Shown piece by piece: positions 1-8,852 of a DNA stretch of 32,000 nt. The translations under genes and the position numbers were made by a program. Origin of the DNA: Nostoc sp. TCL26-01. GTDB taxonomy: Bacteria > Cyanobacteriota > Cyanobacteriia > Cyanobacteriales > Nostocaceae. Positions within the stretch are counted from its first letter, which is position 1. Each line of letters begins with the position of its first letter. Below the pieces are notes generated by a model, which saw nothing but the letters and a program-made list of their open reading frames with translations, made no database searches and was not told the origin of the DNA. The stretch covers positions 5,651,296 to 5,683,295 of the forward strand of contig NZ_CP040297.1 in NCBI RefSeq assembly GCF_013393945.1, given 5' to 3'.

Positions 1-153
1 GTGATTGAAGACTCTGTACCGGGTGTGCAAGCAGCATCCGCAGCAGGAATGACCGTTTTTGGCTATGCTGAACATGGCGATCGCACTGCGCTAGCTGAGG
101 CTGGAGCCAAGATAGTTTTTCACGATATGCGGCAGCTATCTCAACTCCTTTAG
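1..153 (+). CDS. HAD-superfamily hydrolase, C-terminal fragment (5' end outside window)
   Basis: Frame 1 is open from the window edge to TAG at 151-153. The translation VIEDSVPGVQAASAAGMTVFGYAEHGDRTALAEAGAKIVFHDMRQLSQLL has the E-D-S-x-x-G-x-x-A-A-x-A-A-G-M pattern of the last HAD motif. Confidence 0.6.
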   Translation: MIEDSVPGVQAASAAGMTVFGYAEHGDRTALAEAGAKIVFHDMRQLSQLL

Positions 154-411
154 CTATTAGACAACACAGAATGCAGTCTATTTTTGAGTCTCTGAATTTG
201 ATTTCTAGCTTTAAATAAATAACGACCATAAATCTGCGATCGCTTTTACCACCCAAATATTTTACAGGAGCGATGCCACCAAACATCGAATCAAGACGAG
301 AAAATCAGCTATCAGCAAAACTTTCTTCTATCAAATGTCTCTAATTGATACTCTCCCGCTAACCTCAAGGTGTAGCGAGAGAAACTTGCCTTGTGTAAAC
401 AGAAGCAATTT

Positions 412-1683
412 TTATCGAGCAATCCAAAGTCTCACGGCTGGTAATTGTGAAGAAAACCACAGCGCACCTAAGATACTCAGACTACCACAAACAATCAAGG
501 CATTAGTTGCACCAAAATTATCTGCCAAAGTTCCTGATAACAAATTCCCAAAGGGCATTGTACCTACCATTGCTAAAGCATAAAAACTCATTACCCGTCC
601 GCGCTTATCCTCAGCAACTAGGGTTTGGATAATCATATTACTACTTGTAATCTGTAGGATGGCAAAGCAGCCGATAAACACCAATATGATGATGGATAGC
701 TCAAGTTGACGCGATAGGGAGAAGGAAATTAAACTCATGCCAATCAAGACTTGAGCCGCTACAATCAAACGCTCTAAGCCTGCAATCCCTCGCCTGACAC
801 TTAGATATAAACAAGCAAGCAACGAACCAATCGGGGCGGAGGTGCTGAGGTAAGCCATTGTGGTTGCATCCCCATTTAAAATTTTCGCTGTAACGACTGG
901 CATGAGTGCGACATGAGACATCCCGACTAAACCATGTAACGATAGCATTAATAAAATGGCTCTAATCGGTTGGAATTTAGAGACATATTCAAAGCCTTCC
1001 CGCAATTTCTGCAAAGTGTCGCTCATGCCTGTCAGGGTTTGCATAGGTCTGACTGGCAGCCGCATTGCTTGTAGAGTCAAGATGGCAGGAATGTAGCTGA
1101 GGGTATCGTAGAGAAAACAATATTTTACCCCTAACGTAGCGATTAAAATCCCGCCTATAGCAGGCCCTAATACTAGAGAGGAACTTAACATCACAGAATT
1201 TAGGGCGATCGCATTACTCCAATCTGCGTGATCGTCTACGGTTTCGGTGACTATTGTATGGCGCACGGGCATATCTAAGCCCTTGAGCAAACCATTCAAG
1301 GCACTTAGCACCAATAGGATAGGAAAGGTGATCCAATTAGTGAAGGTGAGAATTGTTAACGCCAAGGAAACGCTAATTCCCAATATCTGCACTATCATTA
1401 ACAAGTCACGACGACTCCAGCGATCAGACAAGATGCCCGAAAAGGGAATTAGTAATAAGGTAGGTAAAAATTGTACAAATCCTGCCACTCCCAATAACCA
1501 AGCAGATTTTGTCAAATCGTATACCAACCAAGGAATCGTTAACTGCTGGGTCATAAATGTCCCAGACATTGATAGTAACTGTCCCCCAAAAAACAGCCGA
1601 AAATTACGCCAGCGTAAAGCAGGTAGATAACAGTACGTGATATTACTGATGCTTTTCCCTAAGTGTTGATGCCAAATTTTCAT
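412..1683 (-). CDS. MFS transporter (transmembrane secretion effector / ENTS-like type)
   Basis: 423-aa ORF that is hydrophobic throughout, with about 12 predicted helices. The N-terminal RNFRLFFGGQLLSMSGTFMTQ and the LSDRWSRRDLL loop are typical of MFS_3-type exporters. Confidence 0.85.
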   Translation of the reverse strand: MKIWHQHLGKSISNITYCYLPALRWRNFRLFFGGQLLSMSGTFMTQQLTIPWLVYDLTKSAWLLGVAGFVQFLPTLLLIPFSGILSDRWSRRDLLMIVQILGISVSLALTILTFTNWITFPILLVLSALNGLLKGLDMPVRHTIVTETVDDHADWSNAIALNSVMLSSSLVLGPAIGGILIATLGVKYCFLYDTLSYIPAILTLQAMRLPVRPMQTLTGMSDTLQKLREGFEYVSKFQPIRAILLMLSLHGLVGMSHVALMPVVTAKILNGDATTMAYLSTSAPIGSLLACLYLSVRRGIAGLERLIVAAQVLIGMSLISFSLSRQLELSIIILVFIGCFAILQITSSNMIIQTLVAEDKRGRVMSFYALAMVGTMPFGNLLSGTLADNFGATNALIVCGSLSILGALWFSSQLPAVRLWIAR

Positions 1684-1924
1684 GAGGAAGCTTTAATATG
1701 CTGTACTAACAATTAGTTTAACTAAACAAATTATATGACAATAGCCTGATTTAGTGCCGCAGATATTTCTGATTGCATACTACGATAAATCTATCGAGAT
1801 AGTGTATGATACTTTCAGTTATGCTCCCAGCATGGAAAAGTTGCGATCAGAAATATCGGCAAAATTCCCAAGGAAATAGGCGAGTGTGAACACCTCCTGA
1901 CAGATCAAACTCTGGAGAATCTTT

Positions 1925-2893
1925 ATGGGCTACAAACATATAGAAGTTAAACAGGTAGCTGGTTTTATCGGTGCGGAAATTGGCGGTGTAGACCTTTCAA
2001 GTCCGCTTTCTGATGATCAAGTCCAAGAAATTCGTAAAGCGCTATTAAAGTGGAAAGTTGTATTCTTTCGTGGTCAAAACATCGATCACGCTGCCCAGGT
2101 GGAGTTCACATCTCGTTTTGGCGAAGTGACTTTCGCCCATCCCTTGGGAGAACCTGAACCAGTTCCAGGATTTCCCCAAATCAAACCGGTAGATCGTAAG
2201 CTCTATGAGCGCCAGTATGGTTTTCGCACTGGCGGCCCTTGGCACACAGATGTAACGGCAGCAATTAACCCACCAGCCGCTTCAATTTTACGCGCTGTTA
2301 GTGTTCCCAGTTTCGGTGGTGATACCCAATGGAGTAACCTTGTTGCCGCTTATGAAGGACTCTCAGCACCTCTACGCGCCCTAGCAGATACTTTGAAAGC
2401 GGAACATCGCTTCAATGGAGGCGGTTATCAGCCCCGCAACGGCAAATTTAGCGATCGCATTGCTGTTAATCCCCTAGTCTCTATCCATCCAGTCGTCAGA
2501 GTTCATCCGGAGACTGGTGAACGAGCTTTATTCGTTAACCCTGGCTTTGTGTCGCACATTGTTGATGTGTCACCCCAAGAAAGCAAACTGTTGCTAGAGT
2601 TATTCTTCGACCAAGTCACCAAACCTGCCTATACCACCCGCTTCCGTTGGCAAAACGGTGATATCGCCTTCTGGGACAACCGGGCTACCGTGCATTTGGC
2701 TCCTCAAGATTTGGATCATTTGGATGTCGAACGTCTTCTCTATCGCACCACTATTACTGGTGATGTTCCTGTAGGGGTTGATGGTTCCCGTTCTGAAGTG
2801 GTTCATGGTGAGGTGTTCAGCGCTGAAGTACCTAGTGTCTTCAAACAACAAGCTGAGTCTCAGGAAGCACAACCAGCGCTGTCATCAAACTGA
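1925..2893 (+). CDS. TauD/TfdA-family Fe(II)/2-oxoglutarate-dependent dioxygenase
   Basis: 322-aa ORF. It carries WHTDVT (the H-x-D iron ligands), FGGDTQWSN, WDNRATVH (distal His) and the YRTTI tail, all characteristic of taurine/alkylsulfonate dioxygenases. Confidence 0.9.
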   Translation: MGYKHIEVKQVAGFIGAEIGGVDLSSPLSDDQVQEIRKALLKWKVVFFRGQNIDHAAQVEFTSRFGEVTFAHPLGEPEPVPGFPQIKPVDRKLYERQYGFRTGGPWHTDVTAAINPPAASILRAVSVPSFGGDTQWSNLVAAYEGLSAPLRALADTLKAEHRFNGGGYQPRNGKFSDRIAVNPLVSIHPVVRVHPETGERALFVNPGFVSHIVDVSPQESKLLLELFFDQVTKPAYTTRFRWQNGDIAFWDNRATVHLAPQDLDHLDVERLLYRTTITGDVPVGVDGSRSEVVHGEVFSAEVPSVFKQQAESQEAQPALSSN

Positions 2894-3060
2894 GTTCTGA
2901 GTCATGAGTGCTGAGTAAATTACAACTACTCGGTACTTGTTGACACAGACATAAACTCTTTTAGATATTTGTCAGTCGAAATTATTTAACTCCAAGAATT
3001 AAGCTGTCTGATTGCTGTAGTTAGAGTTGTGCAATCTCAAATTGATGAGGAAAGGATTTT

Positions 3061-3732
3061 ATGAGCAAGATACAACTTTACTTTGCCAAAGGCTCTACGT
3101 TCTCACAACGCACTCGTGTAGTCTTGTTAGAAAAGGGCATTGAATTTACCCCGATAGAAATTGATTTACAGAACAAACCTGATGGGTACACAGAGATTTC
3201 CCGTTATGGCAAAGTTCCAGCTATTAAACATGGCAATGTGATTGTTTACGAGTCTGCCATCATCAATGAATATCTAGACGAAGTGTTTCCCGAACCAGCT
3301 TTGTTACCCAGCGATCCTGCTAAAAAGGCGATCGCTCGCATCTGGATAGATTACGCCAATACTCGCTTTGTACCTGCATTTAACAAATTTCTCCGGGGTA
3401 AGGATAGCCAAGAACAGGAACAGGGAAGAAAAGAGTTTACAGAAGCACTTCTATATCTGGAACAAGAAGGATTAGGCAAAGGTGATTACTTGTTAGGAGA
3501 TCAATTTAGCCTCGTTGATATCAGCTTCTATCCTTGGTTTGAGCGTTTACCACTATTAGAACACTTCCGTCAATTAAGCCTACCAGCAGAAACACCACGG
3601 TTGCAGACATGGTGGGATTTAGTGGGCGATCGCTCCTCAATTCAAACAGTAGCAAATCCTGTGGACTTCTATTTACAAAGATTCGCCAAAATTCTTGGTG
3701 AACCGATTCCCGTTGGGGTAGCACAAAAATAG
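3061..3732 (+). CDS. glutathione S-transferase
   Basis: 223-aa ORF. The N-terminal thioredoxin-like part has GKVPAI...[11 protein letters not shown] (the cis-Pro and E-S glutathione-site motifs), followed by a helical C-terminal domain. Confidence 0.85.
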   Translation: MSKIQLYFAKGSTFSQRTRVVLLEKGIEFTPIEIDLQNKPDGYTEISRYGKVPAIKHGNVIVYESAIINEYLDEVFPEPALLPSDPAKKAIARIWIDYANTRFVPAFNKFLRGKDSQEQEQGRKEFTEALLYLEQEGLGKGDYLLGDQFSLVDISFYPWFERLPLLEHFRQLSLPAETPRLQTWWDLVGDRSSIQTVANPVDFYLQRFAKILGEPIPVGVAQK

Positions 3733-3744
3733 GATGTATCATCT

Positions 3745-4611
3745 ATGAGCTTAAATAATCAGGTTCTAGACAGACCCATTTCTCAAGAACTGCCATATGT
3801 AGAGGCTGAACTTAGTTACCTGGTTCCGATGGTAGAAAGACCTGTCAACTATACCTACGAACCGCCAGCCGGGATTCCGCGTACAAATGGCACTTTTCAA
3901 CCCTACAAAGTGCCTATCTATAATGCTCGTTCTCTTTTTAAAAACATCTCCTTAGACAAGGAAGGCTTTGCATTTACTGAACATCACACCAGTGTCAGCA
4001 ACTTTTACGACGACGAAGAAGTGCGCCGAGTTTATTATCCAGAAGCCGAGCAATTGTTAAAAGAGGTGACAGGCGGAACTAAGGTAGTAGTATTCGATCA
4101 TACCCTGCGTAATGCTGGTAAATCCAAGCCTGGTGAGAATAATATTAAAGAACCTGCCAAGCGCGTACACAACGACTTCACTGCCAAATCTGGCTATACT
4201 CGCGCCCGTTTGGAACTAGCTGCACGGGAGGTAGATGATAACGAAATTGAGTTACTATTGCAACAACGATTTGCCATTATTAATGTTTGGCGAGCGATCG
4301 CTAAACCAATCCAAGAATCACCATTAGCCTTGTGTGACGCGCAAAGTATTGCACCCACAGACCTTGTAGCTGGAGATTTAGTATACCGCGATCGCGTTGG
4401 CGAAACCTACGCAGTTACGTATAATCCCAAGCATCAATGGTATTACTTTCCACAAATGCACCCAGACGAAGCACTATTTATCAAATGTTTCGACTCCGCA
4501 GCAGATGGACGCGCCCGTTTTGCCGCCCACACAGCGTTTGAAGACCCCACTAGCCCAGCAGACGCACCCCCAAGAGAAAGTATCGAACTCAGAACCTTTG
4601 TCTTTTACTGA
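3745..4611 (+). CDS. CmcJ/NvfI-family oxidoreductase-like protein
   Basis: 288-aa ORF starting 12 nt after the GST stop. The segments VFDHTLRN, RVHNDFT, FAIINVWRAI and PLALCD recall the CmcJ/NvfI (AsaB-like) hydroxylase family. The assignment is from memory of family motifs only. Confidence 0.55.
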   Translation: MSLNNQVLDRPISQELPYVEAELSYLVPMVERPVNYTYEPPAGIPRTNGTFQPYKVPIYNARSLFKNISLDKEGFAFTEHHTSVSNFYDDEEVRRVYYPEAEQLLKEVTGGTKVVVFDHTLRNAGKSKPGENNIKEPAKRVHNDFTAKSGYTRARLELAAREVDDNEIELLLQQRFAIINVWRAIAKPIQESPLALCDAQSIAPTDLVAGDLVYRDRVGETYAVTYNPKHQWYYFPQMHPDEALFIKCFDSAADGRARFAAHTAFEDPTSPADAPPRESIELRTFVFY

Positions 4612-4618
4612 AAATGAA

Positions 4619-4649
4619 TGTAGAGACGTTGCATTGCAACGTCTCTACA
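4619..4649. repeat. small palindromic dispersed element (TGTAGAGACGTTGC-ATT-GCAACGTCTCTACA), possible bidirectional terminator
   Basis: A perfect 13-14 bp stem with a 3-nt loop lies between convergent genes (stops at 4611 and 4689). A near-identical copy sits inside the NB-ARC CDS at 17336-17360. Confidence 0.85.
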
Positions 4650-4688
4650 AGGATTTCGAGCAATGCAAAATTAAATTCGGTCGATGTT

Positions 4689-5891
4689 CTAGACAAATCG
4701 CTGAGTAAATTCATAAATTAAATCTACTCTGCCTTTGCGTAACATGGCTGGATCTAATCTTTCGGTGGTGTTGCAAGTCATTAACACAACTAAACGCTGC
4801 TTGAGATGAATACCACCTTCATCAATGACACTTTGATATAAAGTCCCATCTAGCAAACTCAAAATATGCTCAGTTTTGTTGTTATATTGAGCAACTTCTG
4901 AGGCTCGATTTTGGGCTAAATTATCAGCTTCGTTGATGATGATGCAAATTCGCTCTAGATATGTGGGAGGAACAAAGTTAGCGATCGCATCATGATCTAA
5001 AATAAAAATTACATACCCTAAGGGCATGAGAATTTCTTTGGCTACAGCTTGTGTCCATGCGGTTTTCCCTGTACCTGGTTCTCCGTGTACGACAACAGCT
5101 AGCTGATTTTGGTTGAGAATTGCCTGCTGTACTGCATCGGTAAAGCTTTGAATATCATCTGGGAAAGTGCGAATGGGGAATTGGCTGTGGACTTTACCCA
5201 CACGGCTTTGATAACCACTCAGCATGACTGCTAAATCGTAGGTGGCTTTGTTCACCAACGGAGAGAGATTTCTGGACATTAAAGTATATTGTCGTCGTCC
5301 GCGATCGTAAGCTTCTACTTGTAGCCAAATATCATATTTTGCCCAATAAGCATAAACGGTGTTGACAACATCTAGCCGTTCCCAGTTAATAAATTTATCT
5401 ACTGGGTAGTAAAAATCCCTTTCGGAATAATACTGAGTGATGATATCAGGAGAACTTAGCAAATTTAAAACGCGCAAGACTGTAATTTCTTGTAGTCTAT
5501 TGAGTACATAATCAATAGGAATACTATTGCGGCTAACAAATTGCAGGATGGGTGTTTCTGTGCTTAACACATCTTTATAACGATGATCTGGTGATTGAGG
5601 ATCTGGGGTAATATAGTTCCAAAACTTTTCGACTTCATAGCGTGTATTTTCCGACACTAAGCTTAAAACATTAGCCCACCAAGTATAATTATTCCTCCCC
5701 AAAACCTCAGCAAAATTACTGGCAAGATTTAAAGATTTTTGCGTTAATTCTTTTGTATCATTATGTAGTAGTTGTAAGAGAAATCCCCAGTCTAAGTCTC
5801 TGTGTAATGGTCTCCAACCACTAGCAAGTAAATTTTGCCGATTTTGATTATTAGGAATACTGTCATTGCTTCTAAAATAATCAAATTCCAT
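4689..5891 (-). CDS. AAA-family ATPase with an uncharacterised roughly 260-aa N-terminal region
   Basis: 400-aa ORF. It has Walker A GEPGTGKT, a Walker B-like IIINEAD, sensor-1 region LMTCNT and an arginine-finger region LRKGRVD. The protein ends 10 residues after that motif. Confidence 0.8.
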   Translation of the reverse strand: MEFDYFRSNDSIPNNQNRQNLLASGWRPLHRDLDWGFLLQLLHNDTKELTQKSLNLASNFAEVLGRNNYTWWANVLSLVSENTRYEVEKFWNYITPDPQSPDHRYKDVLSTETPILQFVSRNSIPIDYVLNRLQEITVLRVLNLLSSPDIITQYYSERDFYYPVDKFINWERLDVVNTVYAYWAKYDIWLQVEAYDRGRRQYTLMSRNLSPLVNKATYDLAVMLSGYQSRVGKVHSQFPIRTFPDDIQSFTDAVQQAILNQNQLAVVVHGEPGTGKTAWTQAVAKEILMPLGYVIFILDHDAIANFVPPTYLERICIIINEADNLAQNRASEVAQYNNKTEHILSLLDGTLYQSVIDEGGIHLKQRLVVLMTCNTTERLDPAMLRKGRVDLIYEFTQRFV

Positions 5892-5998
5892 ATGATTAAT
5901 TAAGTGAAGATGTTTTAATTATGAGGATTTAAAAACTATGATCTGTAAATATCTAAAACATGAATAAAAATTCACGATTAATAAAATTTTATCCAGGA

Positions 5999-6502
5999 TT
6001 AATATTTAGTTTTGGCAAAAACATTACACATCTTTTCTCTATTTTTTATTTCCTGAACACATATATTTATAGGATTTAAATCAGGCTCTATCCAAGCTTG
6101 GCGAGCTTCCCAAGACATAAGTAAATCTTGACTATAGTATGGAAATGGCAAATTTTTATTAGCATATCGATCAATTAATTCATTGACAAGCTGAAGGAAA
6201 TCACAATTTTTTTGAATATTCGATAAATATTGCTTGACCATATAAATCCAGAATAATGTCATAGTCTCATGATAGCCACTATTTTTTGCAGTTTCTATAT
6301 TCATCAATATGTTGTAACGTTGTATGCGTTCACGAATCAGATCAATAGCAGTTTGCTGATTGTAGTGAATAAGATACCAAAGCGCAACCGTTAAATGTCT
6401 ATGGTGATTCCATTGGCAACTTGGTAAAGTACCTTGTTCAAAGGCATTGATTAACTCTTCTATTTCCTTAATTGTTTGATAATGAACATTTACACTACCC
6501 AT
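5999..6502 (-). CDS. hypothetical protein (167 aa)
   Basis: Uninterrupted ORF in an AT-rich region, on the same strand as and upstream of the AAA ATPase gene. Its composition looks like a helical soluble protein. No family was recognised with confidence. Confidence 0.55.
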   Translation of the reverse strand: MGSVNVHYQTIKEIEELINAFEQGTLPSCQWNHHRHLTVALWYLIHYNQQTAIDLIRERIQRYNILMNIETAKNSGYHETMTLFWIYMVKQYLSNIQKNCDFLQLVNELIDRYANKNLPFPYYSQDLLMSWEARQAWIEPDLNPINICVQEIKNREKMCNVFAKTKY

Positions 6503-7144
6503 TGTTGATTTTTGATATAAAATGGATGAATTTTATAAATTATCGATATTGACTGTTGCCTGAGAGCTAAATAATAATATTCAATAATCTAGAAGTTGAG
6601 CAAAAATGAGGTGGGAGATATAGTATGTCAGAGGGAAAAGGCATATTACATTGATAAGCAAGTATAAAACTTCAATAGGGAGATTACTTATTCGGATACT
6701 TACTTTTTCACTGAGGTTGATTTTCAATAGTTTTCCTAGAATATTATGTACATAAATATCACTGTAATACGTGTAATACAAAAAGTCAATCTTTTTTTGT
6801 ATGGTAGTCAGATGTGCATCATAATTAAGTAAGCCAAACAATATTTAATACATTTTAGTTAAGAATATATACTTGGCATTGCAAGATCAATAAACACACA
6901 GTAAACCATAATTTTGTTTATCAAGTTATGATGAAGTTAATCAGAAATTATTCTGTAGTTTTGCCGATAATCAATAGATGTTTACTAACAGTGTAAAATT
7001 TAGGTTCTCTATCCTGTTAGTTGGTTGCATAAGTAAGGGTTGTTAGATGGAACATAGCACAATGGTAAGCATATCTAAGTTAGCTTGATCTGAATCCTTG
7101 GCGGAATATTGTATCTGTTGAAGGAAACATAACGATAAATCCTA

Positions 7145-7621
7145 ATGGAATCTTCTGGAGAAGAAATGTATCTAACACATTCATTCATAAGTGATGAAAA
7201 AAAGTGTAACTCTCAACAGCCTCTGGTGTTAGCCGTGGAAGATCATGATGATAGTCTATTGTTGATTAGTTATGCTCTTGAGTCACTTGGTTGTAGATTC
7301 ATTTGCCAAAGAGATAGTTCTGCAACTTTACTAGTAGCAAAAGAGCATCAACCGGATTTAATCATGTTAGATATTTTGCTACCCAGTATAAATGGGATTG
7401 AAGTTGTCCGTTATCTTAAACAAGAACCTCTGACTCAGAATATTCCGGTTGTTGCTGTCACAGCCTTAGCCACAAAAGGCGATCAGGAACGTATTCTCAA
7501 AGCCGGTTTTGACGAATATTTGAGTAAACCTTACATGATTGAAGATTTAGAAGCAGCAATTCGTCGATTGTTGTGTGGGAAATTCGACCTTCAGCCAGTT
7601 TATCAATTATGTCAAGAGTAG
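7145..7621 (+). CDS. single-domain response regulator (CheY-like receiver)
   Basis: 158-aa ORF with the acidic pocket VEDHDD, phospho-acceptor context IMLDILLP, VVAVTA and the conserved Lys in YLSKP. Confidence 0.85.
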   Translation: MESSGEEMYLTHSFISDEKKCNSQQPLVLAVEDHDDSLLLISYALESLGCRFICQRDSSATLLVAKEHQPDLIMLDILLPSINGIEVVRYLKQEPLTQNIPVVAVTALATKGDQERILKAGFDEYLSKPYMIEDLEAAIRRLLCGKFDLQPVYQLCQE

Positions 7622-7670
7622 GAAGGAGTGAGGGAGTGCTGTTAGCGGTAGCGGGGCGTTTAGCCCGTGC

Positions 7671-7719
7671 TGACCAATGACTATTGACTATTGACCATTG
7701 ACCATTGACCATTGACCTC
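7671..7719. repeat. STRR-like heptamer array (TGACYAW x7)
   Basis: The units read TGACCAA TGACTAT TGACTAT TGACCAT TGACCAT TGACCAT TGACCTC. The last unit overlaps the stop codon of the 7718-8836 gene. Confidence 0.9.
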
Positions 7720-8836
7720 AAACATTTTTAGGTAGTTTGATGGTAAATGTACTGCCTTTTCCTAATTCTGAGGTCACGCTGATTGTACCTTCGTGAGCTT
7801 CGATAATGCGACTGGATAAATGTAATCCTAAACCACTACCTGAGCGTTTGTTTCTACCTTGACGAAATCGCTCAAAGATGGTGGCTTGATCTTCAGGAGC
7901 AATCCCGTAACCTGTATCTTTGACTTCAATAGTTAACCAATTTTTATCAGATTGAGAAAAGTAAATCTCTATACCACCATTATCTGTAAATTTGATGGCA
8001 TTTGCTACTAAGTTATACAATACACGCCTTAGTTCTAGCGCGTCTCCCATGACAATACTGGCTTTTTCGCCCAGATGATCGATATCTTGGGTGTTAATTT
8101 TAAGACTGATGCCTTTTTCGTTAGTTAAAGTAGTGAGTTCGCTAATTACTTCTTTGGCTATTTCTTTGAGATTGCAGCTTTCGTAATTTAAGGTCTTTTT
8201 CCCTGCCTCGAAACGATAAACTTCTAGCAAGGTATTCACCATTTGCATGAGGTTTTGGTTGCTGCGAATCATGACAGCGATCGCTTGTTTCATTTCTGGC
8301 GAAATTTTACAAAAAGCTTCTTGCTGAAATAAATCCAACATCCGATCAGATGCGACTAGCGGGGTACGTAAATCGTGAGTGAGACGAGAAACAAAGTCTT
8401 CTCGTTGACGGGACATTTTCCGTTGTTCGTCTAAGCTGTGTTTGAGGCGGAGTAGCGATCGCACTCTCGCTAGTAGTTCATCTGTATCAAATGGTTTCCG
8501 AATAAAATCATCCGCACCAACATCTAAACCTTCCACTACACTTGATTCGTGAAAAGCTGTAATCAATAAAATCGGGATGTAGTTGATGGCTGGGTTATTG
8601 CGGATGCGTCTTGTCACTTCATAACCATCCATCCCTGGCATCATCACATCTAATAAAATTAAGTCAGGTGGAGACTCTTCAACTTTTCGCAAAGCTGAAA
8701 TGCCATCCATCGCTAAATCAATCTCATAGCCTTCACTTTCTAAAATGGTTTGCACCAGAATGAGATTATCTCTAGTGTCATCAACAGCCAGAATCCGATC
8801 AGTTTTCAAAGTTTCCACAACAGACATGATGATCAA
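7718..8836 (-). CDS. hybrid receiver-histidine kinase (REC-HisKA-HATPase)
   Basis: 372-aa ORF. The N-terminal receiver has DDTRDN, LILLDVMMPGMDG and the conserved Lys in FIRKPF. It is followed by the H-box SRLTHDLRTPL, the N-box NLVANAIKFT, and the G-boxes DTGYGI and GSGLGL. Confidence 0.9.
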   Translation of the reverse strand: MIIMSVVETLKTDRILAVDDTRDNLILVQTILESEGYEIDLAMDGISALRKVEESPPDLILLDVMMPGMDGYEVTRRIRNNPAINYIPILLITAFHESSVVEGLDVGADDFIRKPFDTDELLARVRSLLRLKHSLDEQRKMSRQREDFVSRLTHDLRTPLVASDRMLDLFQQEAFCKISPEMKQAIAVMIRSNQNLMQMVNTLLEVYRFEAGKKTLNYESCNLKEIAKEVISELTTLTNEKGISLKINTQDIDHLGEKASIVMGDALELRRVLYNLVANAIKFTDNGGIEIYFSQSDKNWLTIEVKDTGYGIAPEDQATIFERFRQGRNKRSGSGLGLHLSSRIIEAHEGTISVTSELGKGSTFTIKLPKNV

Positions 8837-8852
8837 CTTGTTTAATATTAAT

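Noticed and set aside
335-1630. Plus-strand ORFs 335-583 and 1247-1630.
   Set aside because: Both lie antisense inside the MFS transporter CDS and have no recognisable motifs. They are typical shadow ORFs.
4397-4708. 103-aa plus-strand ORF overlapping the end of the CmcJ-like gene.
   Set aside because: It is out of frame with a well-supported CDS. Its tail is simply the translation of the palindromic element (..CRDVALQRLY..).
6581-6841. 86-aa minus-strand ORF in very AT-rich DNA.
   Set aside because: It is rich in Tyr/Ile/Leu/Asn, as expected from AT-rich non-coding sequence. It has no motif and no obvious translational signals. It is kept only as a remote possibility of a small membrane protein.
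7497-7721. 74-aa minus-strand ORF (…VNGQWSIVNSHWS…).
   Set aside because: It is a translation of the TGACCAT heptamer array and of the antisense strand of the response regulator gene.
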